Assembly: GCF_006345805.1 (NCBI RefSeq) | Contig: NC_043005.1 | Coordinates: 13,268,001-13,332,000, forward strand | Source: Octopus sinensis | Lineage: Eukaryota | Length of the DNA: 64,000 bases | Direction: 5' to 3' | Notes under the pieces: model-generated | What the model saw: the letters and a program-made list of their open reading frames with translations, nothing else | What the model was told of the DNA's origin: nothing | Database searches by the model: none | Position numbers and translations under genes: made by a program | Shown: one piece after another, positions 25,506 to 38,250 of the stretch | Position numbering within the stretch: position 1 is the first letter of the stretch | How the letters are laid out: each line of letters opens with the position of its first letter

Positions 25506-26123
25506 GGATCTTTTCGGTTTGAACACAATGGGAATGAACCTGAAAGCATGTGGTTGGTAAGCAATCTACTTACCACACAGCCACTCCTACGCCTATATGT
25601 GTCTATGTATACCTGTGTAAAATGGACAGTTTGCATTCCTTTACGTCACATAGACAGAAGTCGAAATGTCATATTGAAATAAATAGAGGTAGAGGATCTT
25701 TTCGGTTTGAACGGCAGTTTTTAACATAATTTCTAGTTACTAAAAAATTTTAAACTTCGTATACTGTGGTAGAATGTGTTTATAAAACATCTTTTTCTCT
25801 TGGCTTTATTGAGAATATTCTATAGTTTGTAAGATATTTGTTGTTTTTTTTCTTCAATTTTTGCAATTTCAACCAATCAGTGACGTCTATTGAGTTAAAA
25901 AGCATTCTGTGCCGTATGAATATGTCCCTCGTTTAAGAAACAGATTGGGTTTATTTACATTTGTGAAGAAAAAAATATACCCTTCCCCCACCTCTAACCC
26001 TAACCCTAAGTAACCCTAACCCTAAAAGAGATTGAAATGCAATAGATCGATTCTAGGGTCATAATTATGGGTGTCAATTTCATGACATCGCTAGAAAAAT
26101 TGCTGTTCAAACCAAAAAGATCC
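25506..26123. mobile_element. Composite Merlin-like MITE with two left TIRs and captured DNA
   Basis: 8-bp TSD gtatcttc at 25498-25505 and 26124-26131. Inner left TIR at 25694. Confidence 0.8.
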
Positions 26124-26203
26124 GTATCTTCTGCTATAGCCTCAGGCCGACCAAAGCCTTGTGAGTGGATTTGGTAGACGGAAACTGAAAGACTCCCGTC
26201 GTA

Positions 26204-26282
<79 letters not shown>

Positions 26283-26283
26283 A

Positions 26284-26338
<55 letters not shown>

Positions 26339-26344
26339 TCTATA

Positions 26345-26493
26345 TTTTTTCTTTTTTTTGTTCTTTTCTTCCCTTTTATGATCCCTCTTGATCGAAAACC
26401 TACGCCACCCCCTTTGTTTCATCCCCCAAAAGAAAAGCTCTACCTTGTAACTTGTCCCATCTGTGTGCAGCCCTGTGTGGCCAATAAAGAAAC
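26345..26493 (+). mobile_element. Probable LINE 3' end (family G)
   Basis: Pyrimidine-rich segment ending ccctgtgtggccaataaagaaac, which resembles the SINE B tail. Confidence 0.5.
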
Positions 26494-26496
26494 TTA

Positions 26497-26538
<42 letters not shown>

Positions 26539-26944
26539 TATATATATAAGTATATAGATTTGTGTGTGTCTTTGTGTTTGTCCCCCCATCGCTTGAAAAC
26601 CGATGTTTACGTCTCCCTAACCTAGCGGTTCGGCGAAAGAAACCGATAGAATAAGTACTAGGCTTACAAAGAATAACTCCTGTCGACAAAAACTCTTTAA
26701 GGCGGTGCTCCAGCAAGGCCACCGTCATATGACGGAAACAAATAAAGAATAAAAGTTTATAAGCAATGAACCAGAGAGGAATCACACACATGGTGACTTG
26801 CTCTGCTACTAAAAACAAAAAAAACACGGTCGTTCACTGCCTCAAAAAACAGTTAGATCTTCTCACCGTTTTGTTGCGACATATTGTCTTAAAGTCTTCT
26901 TATCTGACACATTCATAAAACCTCTTATCGATTACCACTCATAT

Positions 26945-27117
26945 ATTATCTCCCCTTTCCCTAAGGCCGGGGTGTTGTTTCAGTCGTATTTGCTTATTTG
27001 TTTGTCCGTGGACAAGATATCTCCAGAACCACTGGATGGATTCGAATGAAACTTTCTGGGATGTTTGGCCTCGTGATCCGGGACCGGACAAGGATTCTGG
27101 ATTATTTTTCCTGTTTT
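26945..27117 (+). mobile_element. Family I fragment
   Basis: Homologous to 44446-45050. Confidence 0.6.
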
Positions 27118-27184
27118 GGTGGTTTTTTAAAATAATAATAATAATAATAACAACAACAACAACAACAACAACAATAATAATAAG

Positions 27185-27227
<43 letters not shown>

Positions 27228-27231
<4 letters not shown>

Positions 27232-27789
27232 CAATGCCCTGATGCAGTACCAGGCAGTGGCTCTCATGGCTTCTGATCTTAACTGATTGGAAGTTTTATC
27301 ATGTACAATTTTTTGTGTTGGTATAAAAGATGGGCTACAGCAAATATTCTGCTCAATACCACAGATTTGCTTGTCAGTTGTTTGACCTTAACCAGTTGAG
27401 CATGTCCCTTAGTGGCTGACGATGTGTGCATCTCTGATCACGAGCAGAAATAGTGGGGGAGCATTATAGCCATGTGTTGAGAGTGATAATTTGGGGTTTG
27501 AATAATTCACCTCTGGAAACATGGGTGGTTCTTTCAACATCCTTAAACAACCCTTATTCAGGGACCTTTTGAGCGGGATGGGCTACTCAACCTGAAAAAA
27601 ATTCTAACTGGGCCCCACCTGCAAGGTCATGTGCTGTTTATCTTGATATGAGATCACCATGTCGCAGACATATGGTTGTGATGCATGTGCCTGGTGTACC
27701 CTTATCAGACGGGTAGTCATGATGGGTATATTGGGCTTCGTATATTTTACACCAGTGTCACTTTGATGGCATGAACCGCTCTCTCACTC

Positions 27790-27792
<3 letters not shown>
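27228..27792. mobile_element. Probable interspersed repeat inserted in (AAT)n
   Basis: About 560-bp GC-richer block sharply bounded by (AAT)n tracts on both sides; single copy in this window. Confidence 0.4.
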
Positions 27793-27829
<37 letters not shown>

Positions 27830-27859
27830 TAATAATAATAATAATGATAATAATAATAA

Positions 27860-28038
27860 CTTGGTAATGAGAACCCAGGTTCGAAATTTCCCTAAGACAC
27901 CTGATAAAGGCTGGAGGGTATTTCAGCCGAAACGTTATGTTAACAACAAACAAGATGAAGGCAAATATCCATCAAATGTAAATAACATAAATGATGTAAA
28001 TAATGTACATAATTCTTCATCTCTTAAATATTGAACTG
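27860..28038 (+). mobile_element. Family K tail (no head visible) with a mutated hammerhead
   Basis: Homologous to 1452-1620. HHR 27896-27941 has CUGAUAA in place of CUGANGA. Confidence 0.75.
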
Positions 28039-28399
28039 AACTCCGTTATTAAACGGCAAAGTTTGTTTTGTTTTGTTTTGTTTTAACTAAAAATAAAATT
28101 GTTTTTAATCCTACAAACACTTTTGCAGCATTTCTTCCGGTTTTTGCGTTAAGAGTTCAAATTCCGCCGAAATCAGTTTTATCGTTCATTCTATTGAGGT
28201 CCAGCAGAGTATTGGAGTGCCAGGTGAGTATTGGAATCGATGTAACCGACTAGCATCCATCCCACCATCCACCTACCCCTACACATACGCGCCCACCTCA
28301 AAATATACATTTTGTTCGTTTATTGTTAGGTTTTTCTTGTTGTTTTGTTTGTGTTTTGCTTTGTTGCTGTTTTTGCTGTTAACATTAAATGTTTATAAT

Positions 28400-28820
28400 G
28401 AAGGCAGTAAGCTGGCAGAATCATAAGCATGCCGGGTGAAATGCTTATCGGCTTTTCGCTTGCCGTTACGTTCTGAGTTCAAATTGCGCCGAGGTCGACT
28501 TTGCCTTTCATCCTTTCGGAGTCAATAAATTAAGTACCAAAGGCGGCGAGCTGGCAGAATCGTGAGCACGCCGGGTGAAATGCTTATCGGCTTTTCATTT
28601 GTCGTTACGTTATGAGTTCAAATTGCGCCGAGGTCGACTTTGCCTTTCATCCTTTCGGAGTCGATTAAATACGTACTGGTTACGCACTGGGGTCGATGTA
28701 ATCGACTTAATCACTTTGTCTGTCCTTGTTTGTCCCTTCTATGTTTAGCCCACTGTAGGCAATAAAGGAATAAATATTAATGTTTATAATGAAGGCGGCG
28801 AGCTGGCAGAATCGTTAGCA
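28400..28820 (+). mobile_element. SINE family B head-to-tail reiteration
   Basis: Three heads (about 28400, 28550, 28792). The first two share private variants (gcttatcggctttt, tttcggagtc). Confidence 0.8.
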
Positions 28821-29070
28821 TATATCTGTATGTGTGTGTGTGTGTGTGTGTGTGTATGTTTGTGTGTCTATGTTTGTCCCCCAACATCGCTTGACAACCG
28901 ATGTTGGTGTGTTTACGTCCCCATAACTTAGCGGTTCAGCAAAAGAAACCGATAGAATAAGTACTAAGCTTACAACGAATAAGACCTGGGGGTGATTTGC
29001 TCGACTAAAGGCGGTGCTCCAGCATGGCCTCAGTCAAATGATTGAAACAAGTAAAAGAGTAAAAAGAGTA
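28820..29070 (+). mobile_element. SINE family C 3' half
   Basis: (TG)n, body and tail. Confidence 0.85.
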
Positions 29071-29431
29071 ATCACAGACAGGTTCTTCTTTGGAACTAGA
29101 CATGTCATCGTTACCAACTATTCTCTCCTCCCGCATCATCTAGCTGCACACTACCCATCTTGTCTTTTGGTTATCTCATAGCTACCAGCCTGCTATTCCA
29201 GAAATGACTGCCTTTTTAGCCTCATAGATTTCATGACAAGTTCCATCATATATATTCGGTTTGAAACTAAGCTATACCGATTTTCTCTCACAAAAACGTC
29301 AATTGTTTTTTTCCAACTTCGATGATACGAGAAACCAGTGCTAAACATTACATTTTGCTCGATTAAAGGTGGTGTTCCAGCATGGCCGCAGTCAAATGAC
29401 TGAAACAAGTAAACGAGCAAAGAGTAAAGAG

Positions 29432-29482
<51 letters not shown>

Positions 29483-30068
29483 GCACACGCACACTACGCG
29501 CTTCTGCACATTTTCCGTCTCCCAAATTCCACTCACAAGGCCTCTAGTAAAGTCAAGGTTATAATAAAAGGGATTTGTTCAAGTTGCTATCCAGTGGAAT
29601 CGAATCTCTAATTACATAGATACAAAGCAAACTTATTATTTATCAAACGGTTATACCAACTCCTTTTGCAGACATATTTTGTTTGTTTAAAGCAAGGTTT
29701 AAAACAATCTGAATCTATCGAAGCAGAAATTTTCAGCCAGTTCCAATTTAAGGACATCCTCCCACTCCCATCCTACGAGTCTCATAGATCCTGTAATAGT
29801 TTATAGACACTGTCTTCAGTCCTGATTAAAAAATAAAATAAAAATTATTCGTCAGTGCATACACCAGTTTGTAGTAAGGCGGTGTCTATTTGCACTCAGA
29901 TAAACTCGGACGTGGAGAGCCAAACCTGTATAACTAGATCACGCACTCAACACTGTTATTGGTGATACAATGCAAACCAACGATATAGGACCGACTGCAA
30001 TACTACACTATGGATCCTTATTTTCCTGAGCTCCGCATTTTACTTTTGTTATATTACTTAAAATTCTG

Positions 30069-30106
<38 letters not shown>

Positions 30107-30559
30107 TATAAAATTATATATTATATTTGAGGGAATAAAATCCAAACTTACAAGGAAAAAAATTAAATTTAGAAATACTAAATCAAATTTCACACAATAT
30201 AATATATATATACGTTTTTATCATTATTTTTTGCAATTTACTTAATCTTTGACATTCTATTGTTATTTTAATTTCAATTTCTCTATTATATGTAATTTTC
30301 TAGATGGTGTAATTTAATTGTTCATTTTGAAGTGATAAAAGGGTTTTTTTTTTCTAATTATATATATATATATATATATATTAATATATATTAAACAACT
30401 ATATACAAGAGCAAAAAAAATATTTCTATGCCAATATCCTGATAACAGACTTTTAAATCGTCACTTTCCACATATTATTATACTCACTACTATATTATAT
30501 ATATATATATATATTATATATATATATATATATAATATATATACATACAGGACAGGAGT

Positions 30560-30830
30560 ACTCCATCGTTACGACGACGAGAGTCCCAGCTGATACGATC
30601 AACGGAACAGTCTGTAAGTGACTGAGCAATCCAGGGAGACTCAGCGTGACACAAAGTGTGACAAGGCCGGCCTTTTTGAAATACAGGTATAACTCATTTT
30701 TTCCAGCTGAGTGGACTGGGGCAACGTGAAATAAAGTGTCTTGCTCAAGGACACAACGCCTCGCCGGGAATCGAACTCACGACCTTACAATCGTGAGCCG
30801 AATGCCCTAACCACTAAGCCACGCGCCTTC
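30560..30830 (-). mobile_element. SINE family D with an internal deletion
   Basis: Homologous to 3830-4147. Confidence 0.85.
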
Positions 30831-30878
30831 ACACACACACACACACACACACACCACACCACACACACACACATATAC

Positions 30879-30929
<51 letters not shown>

Positions 30930-31475
30930 ATTTTTAAAATATAGATCATTAATTGTTAGCAAAAATTATTTAAAAAAAAAACATTGCCGATATAGCCTCA
31001 CTAAACATCCTCAAAGAGGAAAACAAACCATGAAACAGGGTGTTAATAAAATATATGCAACACTGAAGCAGTTCTGTTTTAAAGCTATAAAATTCAGTGA
31101 TAATTAAAATGCAGCACATGACCTTTTAACAAGCCTCAATTCTCGTTTTTATCAAACATTAACTTGCCCTAATTACCAGTCTCAACCTTGTTTTTAAGAT
31201 ACCTAACCTTAATTCTGATTTTGCTAAACCTAATGTCAACTGTGATTTTTTACTCTTTTACTCATTTACTTGTTTCAGTCATTTGACTGTGGCCATGCTG
31301 GAGTACCGCCTTTAGTCGAGCAAATCTACCCAGGACTTATTCTTTGTAAGCGAAGTACTTATTCCATCGGTCTCTTTTGCCGAACCGCTAAGTTACAGGG
31401 ACGTAGACACACCAGCATCGGTTGTCAAGCGATGTAGTGGGGACAAACACAGACACAAAAACATACACACACACA

Positions 31476-31521
<46 letters not shown>

Positions 31522-31526
31522 TACTA

Positions 31527-32813
31527 CGAAGGGCGTTCAATAAGTAATGCCCCTGACCCACTTCCCATAGCAGTAGAGCAACGAAACTTGGCACAGTTAT
31601 TAGTCTTTTTCTACATAGGAACCACCCAGAGTTACGCATTTTTCCCATCGTTTGATGCAGCTCTGAAGACCGTTTTTGTAGAAGACCCCAGCTTGGTCCT
31701 CCAACCACGACGTGACTTCAGAAATCGAGGCTGCATCATCTGGGAAATGCTTTCCTTTCAAAAACAACTTCATGGCTGGGAAGAAGTGAAAATCAGAGGG
31801 TGCAGGTCAGGAGAATAGGGAGAATGGGGGATGAGTTCGTAGCCGCACGCCTGTGCTTCTGATCTGGCGACACGCGAGTTGTGGATCGGAGCTTTGTCCT
31901 GCAGGAGGAGGATGCCTTTGCTGATCTTGCCCCGCCTCTTGATTTTGATAGCTTTTCTTAATTTTTAAAGTGAAGCATAATAGATTCCTGTAATTGTGGC
32001 ACCCTTTGCCAAGAAATCTGTCATCACTACTCCGTCCTGGTCCCAGAAGACTGTGAGCATGACCTTGTAGCGGAGGGCTGCACCCTTGCCTTCTTTGGAG
32101 GAGGTGAGTCACGGTGCTTCCACTGCATTGACTGGGCTTTGGTCTCTGGATCATAGTGATGGACCCAGGTTTCATCCTGTGTAATCAGTCTTTTGAAAAA
32201 TTTTGACTCATCTTCTTGGCACATCTTCAAATTCATCCTCGCGCAATCGACGCGTTCTTGCTTCTGGAAAGGTGTGAGCAGCCTGGGAATCCATCTGGCA
32301 GACACCTTTTGCATATGCAAATGGTCATGAATGATAGTTTCCACAGACCCGGTACTAATCTTGACCTCATGGGCTATTTGGCGAATAGTTATGCGTCGAT
32401 CTTCCAAAATGGCAACCTCAACTTGACGGACAGATGCCTCATCCATGGCAGAAGGGGGCGACCAGATCTGGGAGCTGTTTCCACAAAGTTCCGACCATGT
32501 TTGAATTCACGATGCCAGCATTTTACAAGATCATATGATGGGGCATCATCACCATAAGTTACTTTTATTTCATCAAAAGTCTCCCGAGGTGTGCGTCCTT
32601 TCAAATACAAAAACCGCATCACTGCTCGACACTCAACAGGCTCCGTTTCACACTTGACTCAGTTCAAACACCTGTAAGTCAGAAACCACAATTAGTTCAG
32701 AGCTGTAATTTGCCACTTAATCTATAGAGATATAAATAATTGCACATGCAAAATTTCAGCTAGATCAATCAATTGCAAGTGGGTCAGAGGCATTACTTAT
32801 TGAACGCCCCTCG
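31527..32813 (-). mobile_element. Near-full-length mariner transposon (1287 bp)
   Basis: About 37-bp TIRs cga(a/g)gggcgttcaataagtaatgcc(c/t)ctgacccactt, TA duplications at 31525-26 and 32814-15. Confidence 0.95.
31600..32646 (-). pseudogene. Mariner (DD34D-type) transposase pseudogene
   Basis: Track ORFs 32389-32622 and 32027-32446 give the HTH region, WIPRLL and ITQDETWVHHYDPE. YSPDL..SDF lies near 31790-31820. Start codon reads ACG; several frameshifts. Confidence 0.9.
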
Positions 32814-32849
32814 TACTTCCGTCATTCAGTATGTGACCTCGTGAGTACC

Positions 32850-33035
32850 ACTGGCGATTTATTTTCCTCTGTCTTCCCTTCTCGGGATCTTTCCTTCTCC
32901 TATGTTTCCGACGAAGAGCTCCGCTCGAAACGTTAAACCCTCCTTCTTCCCTTCTTTCCTGAGCGTCCAATAATACTTTACTTGTTCCACGTCCTTGCGT
33001 TGTTGTGTTTTTTTGCTTTCTTGTTTGGATTAACT
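32850..33035 (+). mobile_element. Family M repeat with hammerhead motif (32904-32938)
   Basis: GUUU-CCGACGA-A-GAGC-UCC-GCUC-GAAAC-GUU-AAAC; one core substitution (U4C). Confidence 0.75.
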
Positions 33036-33318
33036 TTATATATATATATACATATATACGACAGGCTTCTTTCAGTTTCCTTCTACCAAATCCACTCACA
33101 AGGCTTTGGTCGACCCGAGGCTATAGTAGAAGACACTTGCCCAAGGTGCCACGCAGTAGGACTGAACCCGGTTGGTAAACAAGCTACTTACCACACAGCC
33201 ACTCCTACGCCTAAATTTTTAAAATCTGCTTTATGAATCCTGGGTAATTTTGTATATATCAAATTTTAACTGTGCCTGTTATCAAACTTAGCTGCATCTC
33301 TTTTTTTTTTATTACAAA

Positions 33319-33716
33319 CTAGCAGTATCGCCCGGCGTTGCTCGGGTTTGTAAGGGAAATAACAATATATGCATTTTTAGAGAGTTATAGCAAAAAAATA
33401 GCAAAAACATGCATTAAAAATGGAAAAAAATGAAGGTAAATTTTTTTAAAAATCGTTGACTCATCGTAGACATTTTTAGAGAGTTACTTCCCTTATGTAA
33501 TAGCGAAAAAATGCATTAAAATGGGAAAAACGATGGTAAATTTTTTTAAAATCGTAGACTCATCGTAGACGCGCGCTAATACCCAGAAGGGCTCGATATG
33601 AATCACGACTATAAGATACCCGGTTTTGGTTAAACTGCACCGCAAAATGTGGGAGTAGTTAGGAATCTAAATCGTAGGAGACAGACAGCACACAACCTCT
33701 CTTTTATATATAAAGA
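33319..33716 (-). mobile_element. Non-autonomous Helitron (family E)
   Basis: TC and CTAG termini, hairpin, A|T site. Confidence 0.9.
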
Positions 33717-34729
33717 TATTAATTTTGTTTATCATGAGACCTTATTTCTATCCAAACCCAAACTTAACGAATTTTTTTCTTTATCAAACATCTTTCTGAT
33801 TTTACCAAACCTTAACATTTGTTTGTATTAAACTCATTTCTTTTTTAATCAAATCTCAATAATTTTTCTTTTGTTAACTCTCACTCAAATTTTTGTAAAT
33901 CTCAACTATTTGTTTATTTCTTTTTATCGACCGTTACTCTGATTTTTGTCAACCACCCCTGTGAGTCAAGCTTCGATAATGTTTCTTTTTAATAAACCCT
34001 TACAGCAATTTTGACGAATATCAACCTTACATTTTTTTTTCTCTCTCAAACGTCAACTTTACTTTTTAAGAAGCCCCAGCTCAGTTTTTAACAAATTTAG
34101 CTAAATCGAGGTCATAATCGAACCTCGATCCTTTTTATTCTCCAATCTCACTGTTTCTTATAAAACCTCAACTCTCCTTTATCAAACTTCAACTTTGTCT
34201 TTTAAAAGCTATAACTCTGTACAAAATCAAGAAGCAAAATTTACCAAAGACATAAACCAAAATAAAGCAATTGAGAAATATAACAGAACTAACCACCCAA
34301 AGCCAAAAACAAAAAGGAAACAAGCAAAATTAAGCATAAACCAACCAACAACAGCTCAATACAATATAAAAGAATATACGCAAAGCTAAAACTAAACAGT
34401 TCTACTTTAAAGAGGTAACCGACAATTCAGTAAAAGATTCTAAAATCGAACCTGACTTTTTAATAAACCCCAACTTCATTTAAAATCACGTACAGGAAAA
34501 GTCATGGTTTATTATAGACATGAACTGGTTAAAAACAAGAAAAAACAAAAGAGAATAAAATGGTAGTAGAACAGCTCCACACAACAGGAAGAAAGAAAAA
34601 AGAAAAGGACAAAAAGTTAGAATTGGAAATTTAATACAATAAAAGAAAATTGATAGAAAGAGAGAATAAAGAAGGAAAAAACGAGTTTGAAGAAATGACA
34701 AAATACAAACAAACAAAACTATCATATAT

Positions 34730-34776
<47 letters not shown>

Positions 34777-35187
34777 CTGTATTTATATATCTATCTATAT
34801 ACATGCATTTATATATATATATATGATATGTATATGTATGTATGTTTGTATGGGTGGCTGTATGTACTGAAAATGTGCTTTGAATGCACGGCCCGAGTTT
34901 AAACTGGCAACAGATACTATGGGCACGTAGCCGAGTTAATTGGAATAGCAGAATATGAAACAACATTAAATGCTCCTTAATGTAAATAAACAACAACACA
35001 ACAACAACAACAACAACAGCAACAACAACAACAATGTATTGTCAGAAGGATGACTTTAAGTAAGACATACTTACAAATGACTGTACGCTTCCTCACGCGC
35101 ATCATGGACCACATACGTAATTAAACATTACCAAAATTAACAGTGACAAAAAAAAATTTCATCTATACATACATACAGATACATACA

Positions 35188-35358
35188 GGCGCGTAGGGGT
35201 GGCTGTGTGGTAGGTAGCTTGCTTACCAGCCACATGGTTCTGGGTTCAGTCCCACTGCGTGGCACCTTGGGCAAGTGTCTTCTACTATAGCCTCGGGCCG
35301 ACCAAAGCCTTGTGAGGGGATTTGGTAGACGGAAACTGAGAGAAGCCCGTCGTATATT

Positions 35359-35396
<38 letters not shown>

Positions 35397-35618
35397 AGTG
35401 TGTGTGTTTGTGTCTGTGTTTGTACCCCTGACATCGCTTGATAACCGATGCTGGTGTGTTTACATCCCCGTAACATAGCGGTTCGGCAAAAGAGATCCGA
35501 TAGAATAAGTACAAGGCTTACAAAGAATAAGTTCTGGGGTCGATTTGCTCGACTAAAGACGGTGCTCCAGCATGGCCGCAGTCAAATGACTGAAACAAGT
35601 AGAGGAGTAAAAGAGTAA
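35188..35618 (+). mobile_element. SINE family C, full length
   Basis: Head, body, internal microsatellite and tail. Confidence 0.9.
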
Positions 35619-35812
35619 AGTGAGAGATATGCAGAATATCACACACACACACGTAAATATATGTACATGTATGTGTTTACACAATATATATGTTTGTGAC
35701 ATCCACCTGTGCACACAGACATACGCGGACACCTATATCAAACCGTTGAATGCTTTGGAAAGAAACTCTAAACCCGGTTGCAACTTCTGTAGCATTCCCA
35801 AAGTAATATTTA

Positions 35813-35855
<43 letters not shown>

Positions 35856-35929
35856 TCATACACACACACATACACACACACATTCCGCCTAACGTATTTC
35901 AGTTATCCGTAACCCGATCTCAAATACCT

Positions 35930-36130
35930 ATACGTGTGTGTGAGTGTGTGTGTGTATGTCTATCCACGTATGTATGTATGTATGTATGTATGTATGTATG
36001 TATGTATGTATGTATGTATGCACGTACGTACATATGTATGTATATTACATATGCACATAAGAACGAACATATGCATCTGTGTATGCAGGTAGGTGTATAT
36101 GTATATGTGTGATTGTGTGTGGGTACGTGC

Positions 36131-36164
<34 letters not shown>

Positions 36165-36430
36165 GTATATATACATGTATGTATGTGTATACATACACGT
36201 ATACATGTATGTATGTCTATGCATACATGTATACATATATGTATGCATAAACACATATATATACATACATACATACATGTATATATGTATATGCATACTT
36301 GTATACATATATGGTGGCATAGACATATATATGTGAGTGTGTGTGTGTATGTATATACGTATGTATACATGTATGTATACCTGTGCATACATGTATACAT
36401 ATATATATTTGTATGCACAGACATACATAT
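35930..36430. repeat. Compound TA/TG/TATG microsatellite field
   Basis: Read directly from the sequence. Confidence 0.9.
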
Positions 36431-37029
36431 GCAAGCCACTGCTTAATGCTTATTTTAATTCTTCTGATATCGATGATGTTCAAATGATTACAAAACGTGT
36501 CTAAACGACAATAGAAAGGAGACATTACTGTGCCGCCCCGGAGAAATCAGTTCTTTATTAGAATAATAAAAAAAATGTTACAAAGATTGGTTGAATTTTA
36601 ACTTTTAAATCACACAGCTGTGTGAACTAAGAAAGAAGCTGTGTCAACTATGGAAGAACATCAGGCTAACATTTAACAAACCATTTCATTATATGATTTA
36701 CACACTGAGATTTACTTCATATCTTCTACGCAGAATTAAAGCCGACCATACACAAAGTGACGGGGATTTTTTTTCTTGGTTTAAATCCGGGCAGTTCAAA
36801 GGATTTGGGAATATGCGATTGAGATAGCTGTGCATGCATGCATTTGTATGTGAGTTTACATTTGCAATCGTCCAGTTGGAGCATTTGCAAGTTGATTGAA
36901 AGTAGATCCCTATTTTGAAATACTTATAAATTATTCATTAATAGTAATTTTTTCTCAATTGTTTTTTTTTAAGTATGATAATTTAATCTGTAATCGTATT
37001 GCTTTTGTCGTTCGTGAATGACTGAATAC

Positions 37030-37376
37030 CAACTTCCTGGGGAAATGGATGGGTCGTCGTGGTCCGCATGATTGGCCAACCAGGATTCTCGACTTGGGGT
37101 TTGTTAAAGGAACAAGTCTACTGTACCAAACCAAAGACTTTGGAAGAACTTGAAGTGCGAATACGAGAAATTATGCCTTCCATTCTACAAATCAATTGTC
37201 GCAATTCCTGGGCAACTCAAGATGTTGGTGGCGACATCTAGAGCCCATATCGAATATTAAATAAAACCTCATACTTAAAGCATTTCTTTCATATCCATTT
37301 TTTCTACAAAAATTACAATTTATAGATAATTTATAAGTATTTTAAAATAGAGAGTTACTTTTCAACCACCCCCTGT
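37030..37376 (+). pseudogene. Tc1/mariner-superfamily transposase C-terminal fragment with right TIR
   Basis: FPGKWMGRRGPHDWP...GLLKEQVYCTKPKTLEELEVRI (frameshifted). End ttacttttcaaccaccccctgt. Confidence 0.7.
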
Positions 37377-37399
37377 TTATCGCTTTTACAGACAAGTGT

Positions 37400-38250
37400 G
37401 TTTAAGTGATTACTCTTTATATGTGAGTGTATATACCATATGCTGATGTATTTTTTGTCACTGTAGCTTCATCTCCCGCACCAACGAATGAAATATTCTC
37501 ACCTATTCTGAGATACTTGTAGCATTCATCATTGGCAATAAGGGAGATAGACAGATCACTGATAACCAATTTCTGGTCAACAATTAGTCTTTGATTGGTT
37601 AACGAATTTGAACATTTCATCTGACCGAATTCCATTTCTATGCCCTCTAGAATATTGATTTGTTCTAACAGTCGTTTCATATCGTCGACAAAAAAAAGAG
37701 AAGAGCGTTATTAATGTTTCTCTCATCTGCACATCCTAAATTTTAAGTTTTGCATTTTCTCAACAGGATTGTCAAGATGTTCACTGCCATATTGAACTGC
37801 ATTAGAGGTGAGCTGTCGCCTTGGAGTTTTCCTTGGAATAACTTAATTCTATCTTTAGTAATTGCTGCAGACGCGAGAGTACACACGGTGACGGACTGGC
37901 GTTCCGATCAGGGAAGATATTGGAATTTCGGACCACTTATATGCCATGGAAATTGTGCAACTGACGCTATGATAATACTTACGATTATTTACCTTAACAA
38001 TCTTTGTCTCAACACCTTTGTCCTGATACACAAATCAGTAAAAACCAAACTAGAATTGATAATATTCAAAATCAGAGCAGTTGGCTACCGACTAAGCCCC
38101 TTTCTCATAAGTTCAGTATTAATTCATACAGTCATTTGCAGTCTCTCTTCTAAACTAAAAAAATTCAACCGAAAGGTTTCAACATTATATGCATCTCTGA
38201 CGAAATGCAAACGTTTGGTTCATGATAATAATGGACGCTAATAAAACTAG
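37400..38250 (-). pseudogene. Decayed LINE RT fragment, R4/Dong-like
   Basis: Minus strand: FQGKLQGDSSPLMQFNMAVN, FVDDMK...IEMEFGQMKC, YKYLRIGEN. These match the QGDSLSPLLF, FMDDLK..MEFG..KC and YKYLG motifs. Confidence 0.7.

Larger units (their letters stand above)
25419..26755 (+). mobile_element. SINE family C split by a composite MITE and a LINE-like 3' end
   Basis: Head 25419-25505, resumes 26124-26215, 3' half 26560-26755. Confidence 0.8.
31250..33212 (-). mobile_element. SINE family C split by a mariner and a family M element
   Basis: 3' half 31250-31520, 5' half 33060-33212. Confidence 0.8.

Noticed and set aside
27691-27755. Structured end (CTGGTGTA/TACACCAG stem, CTGATAA motif) as a possible ribozyme
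   Set aside because: No GAAA or stem topology for a hammerhead, and I could not fit an HDV-like or twister fold by eye.
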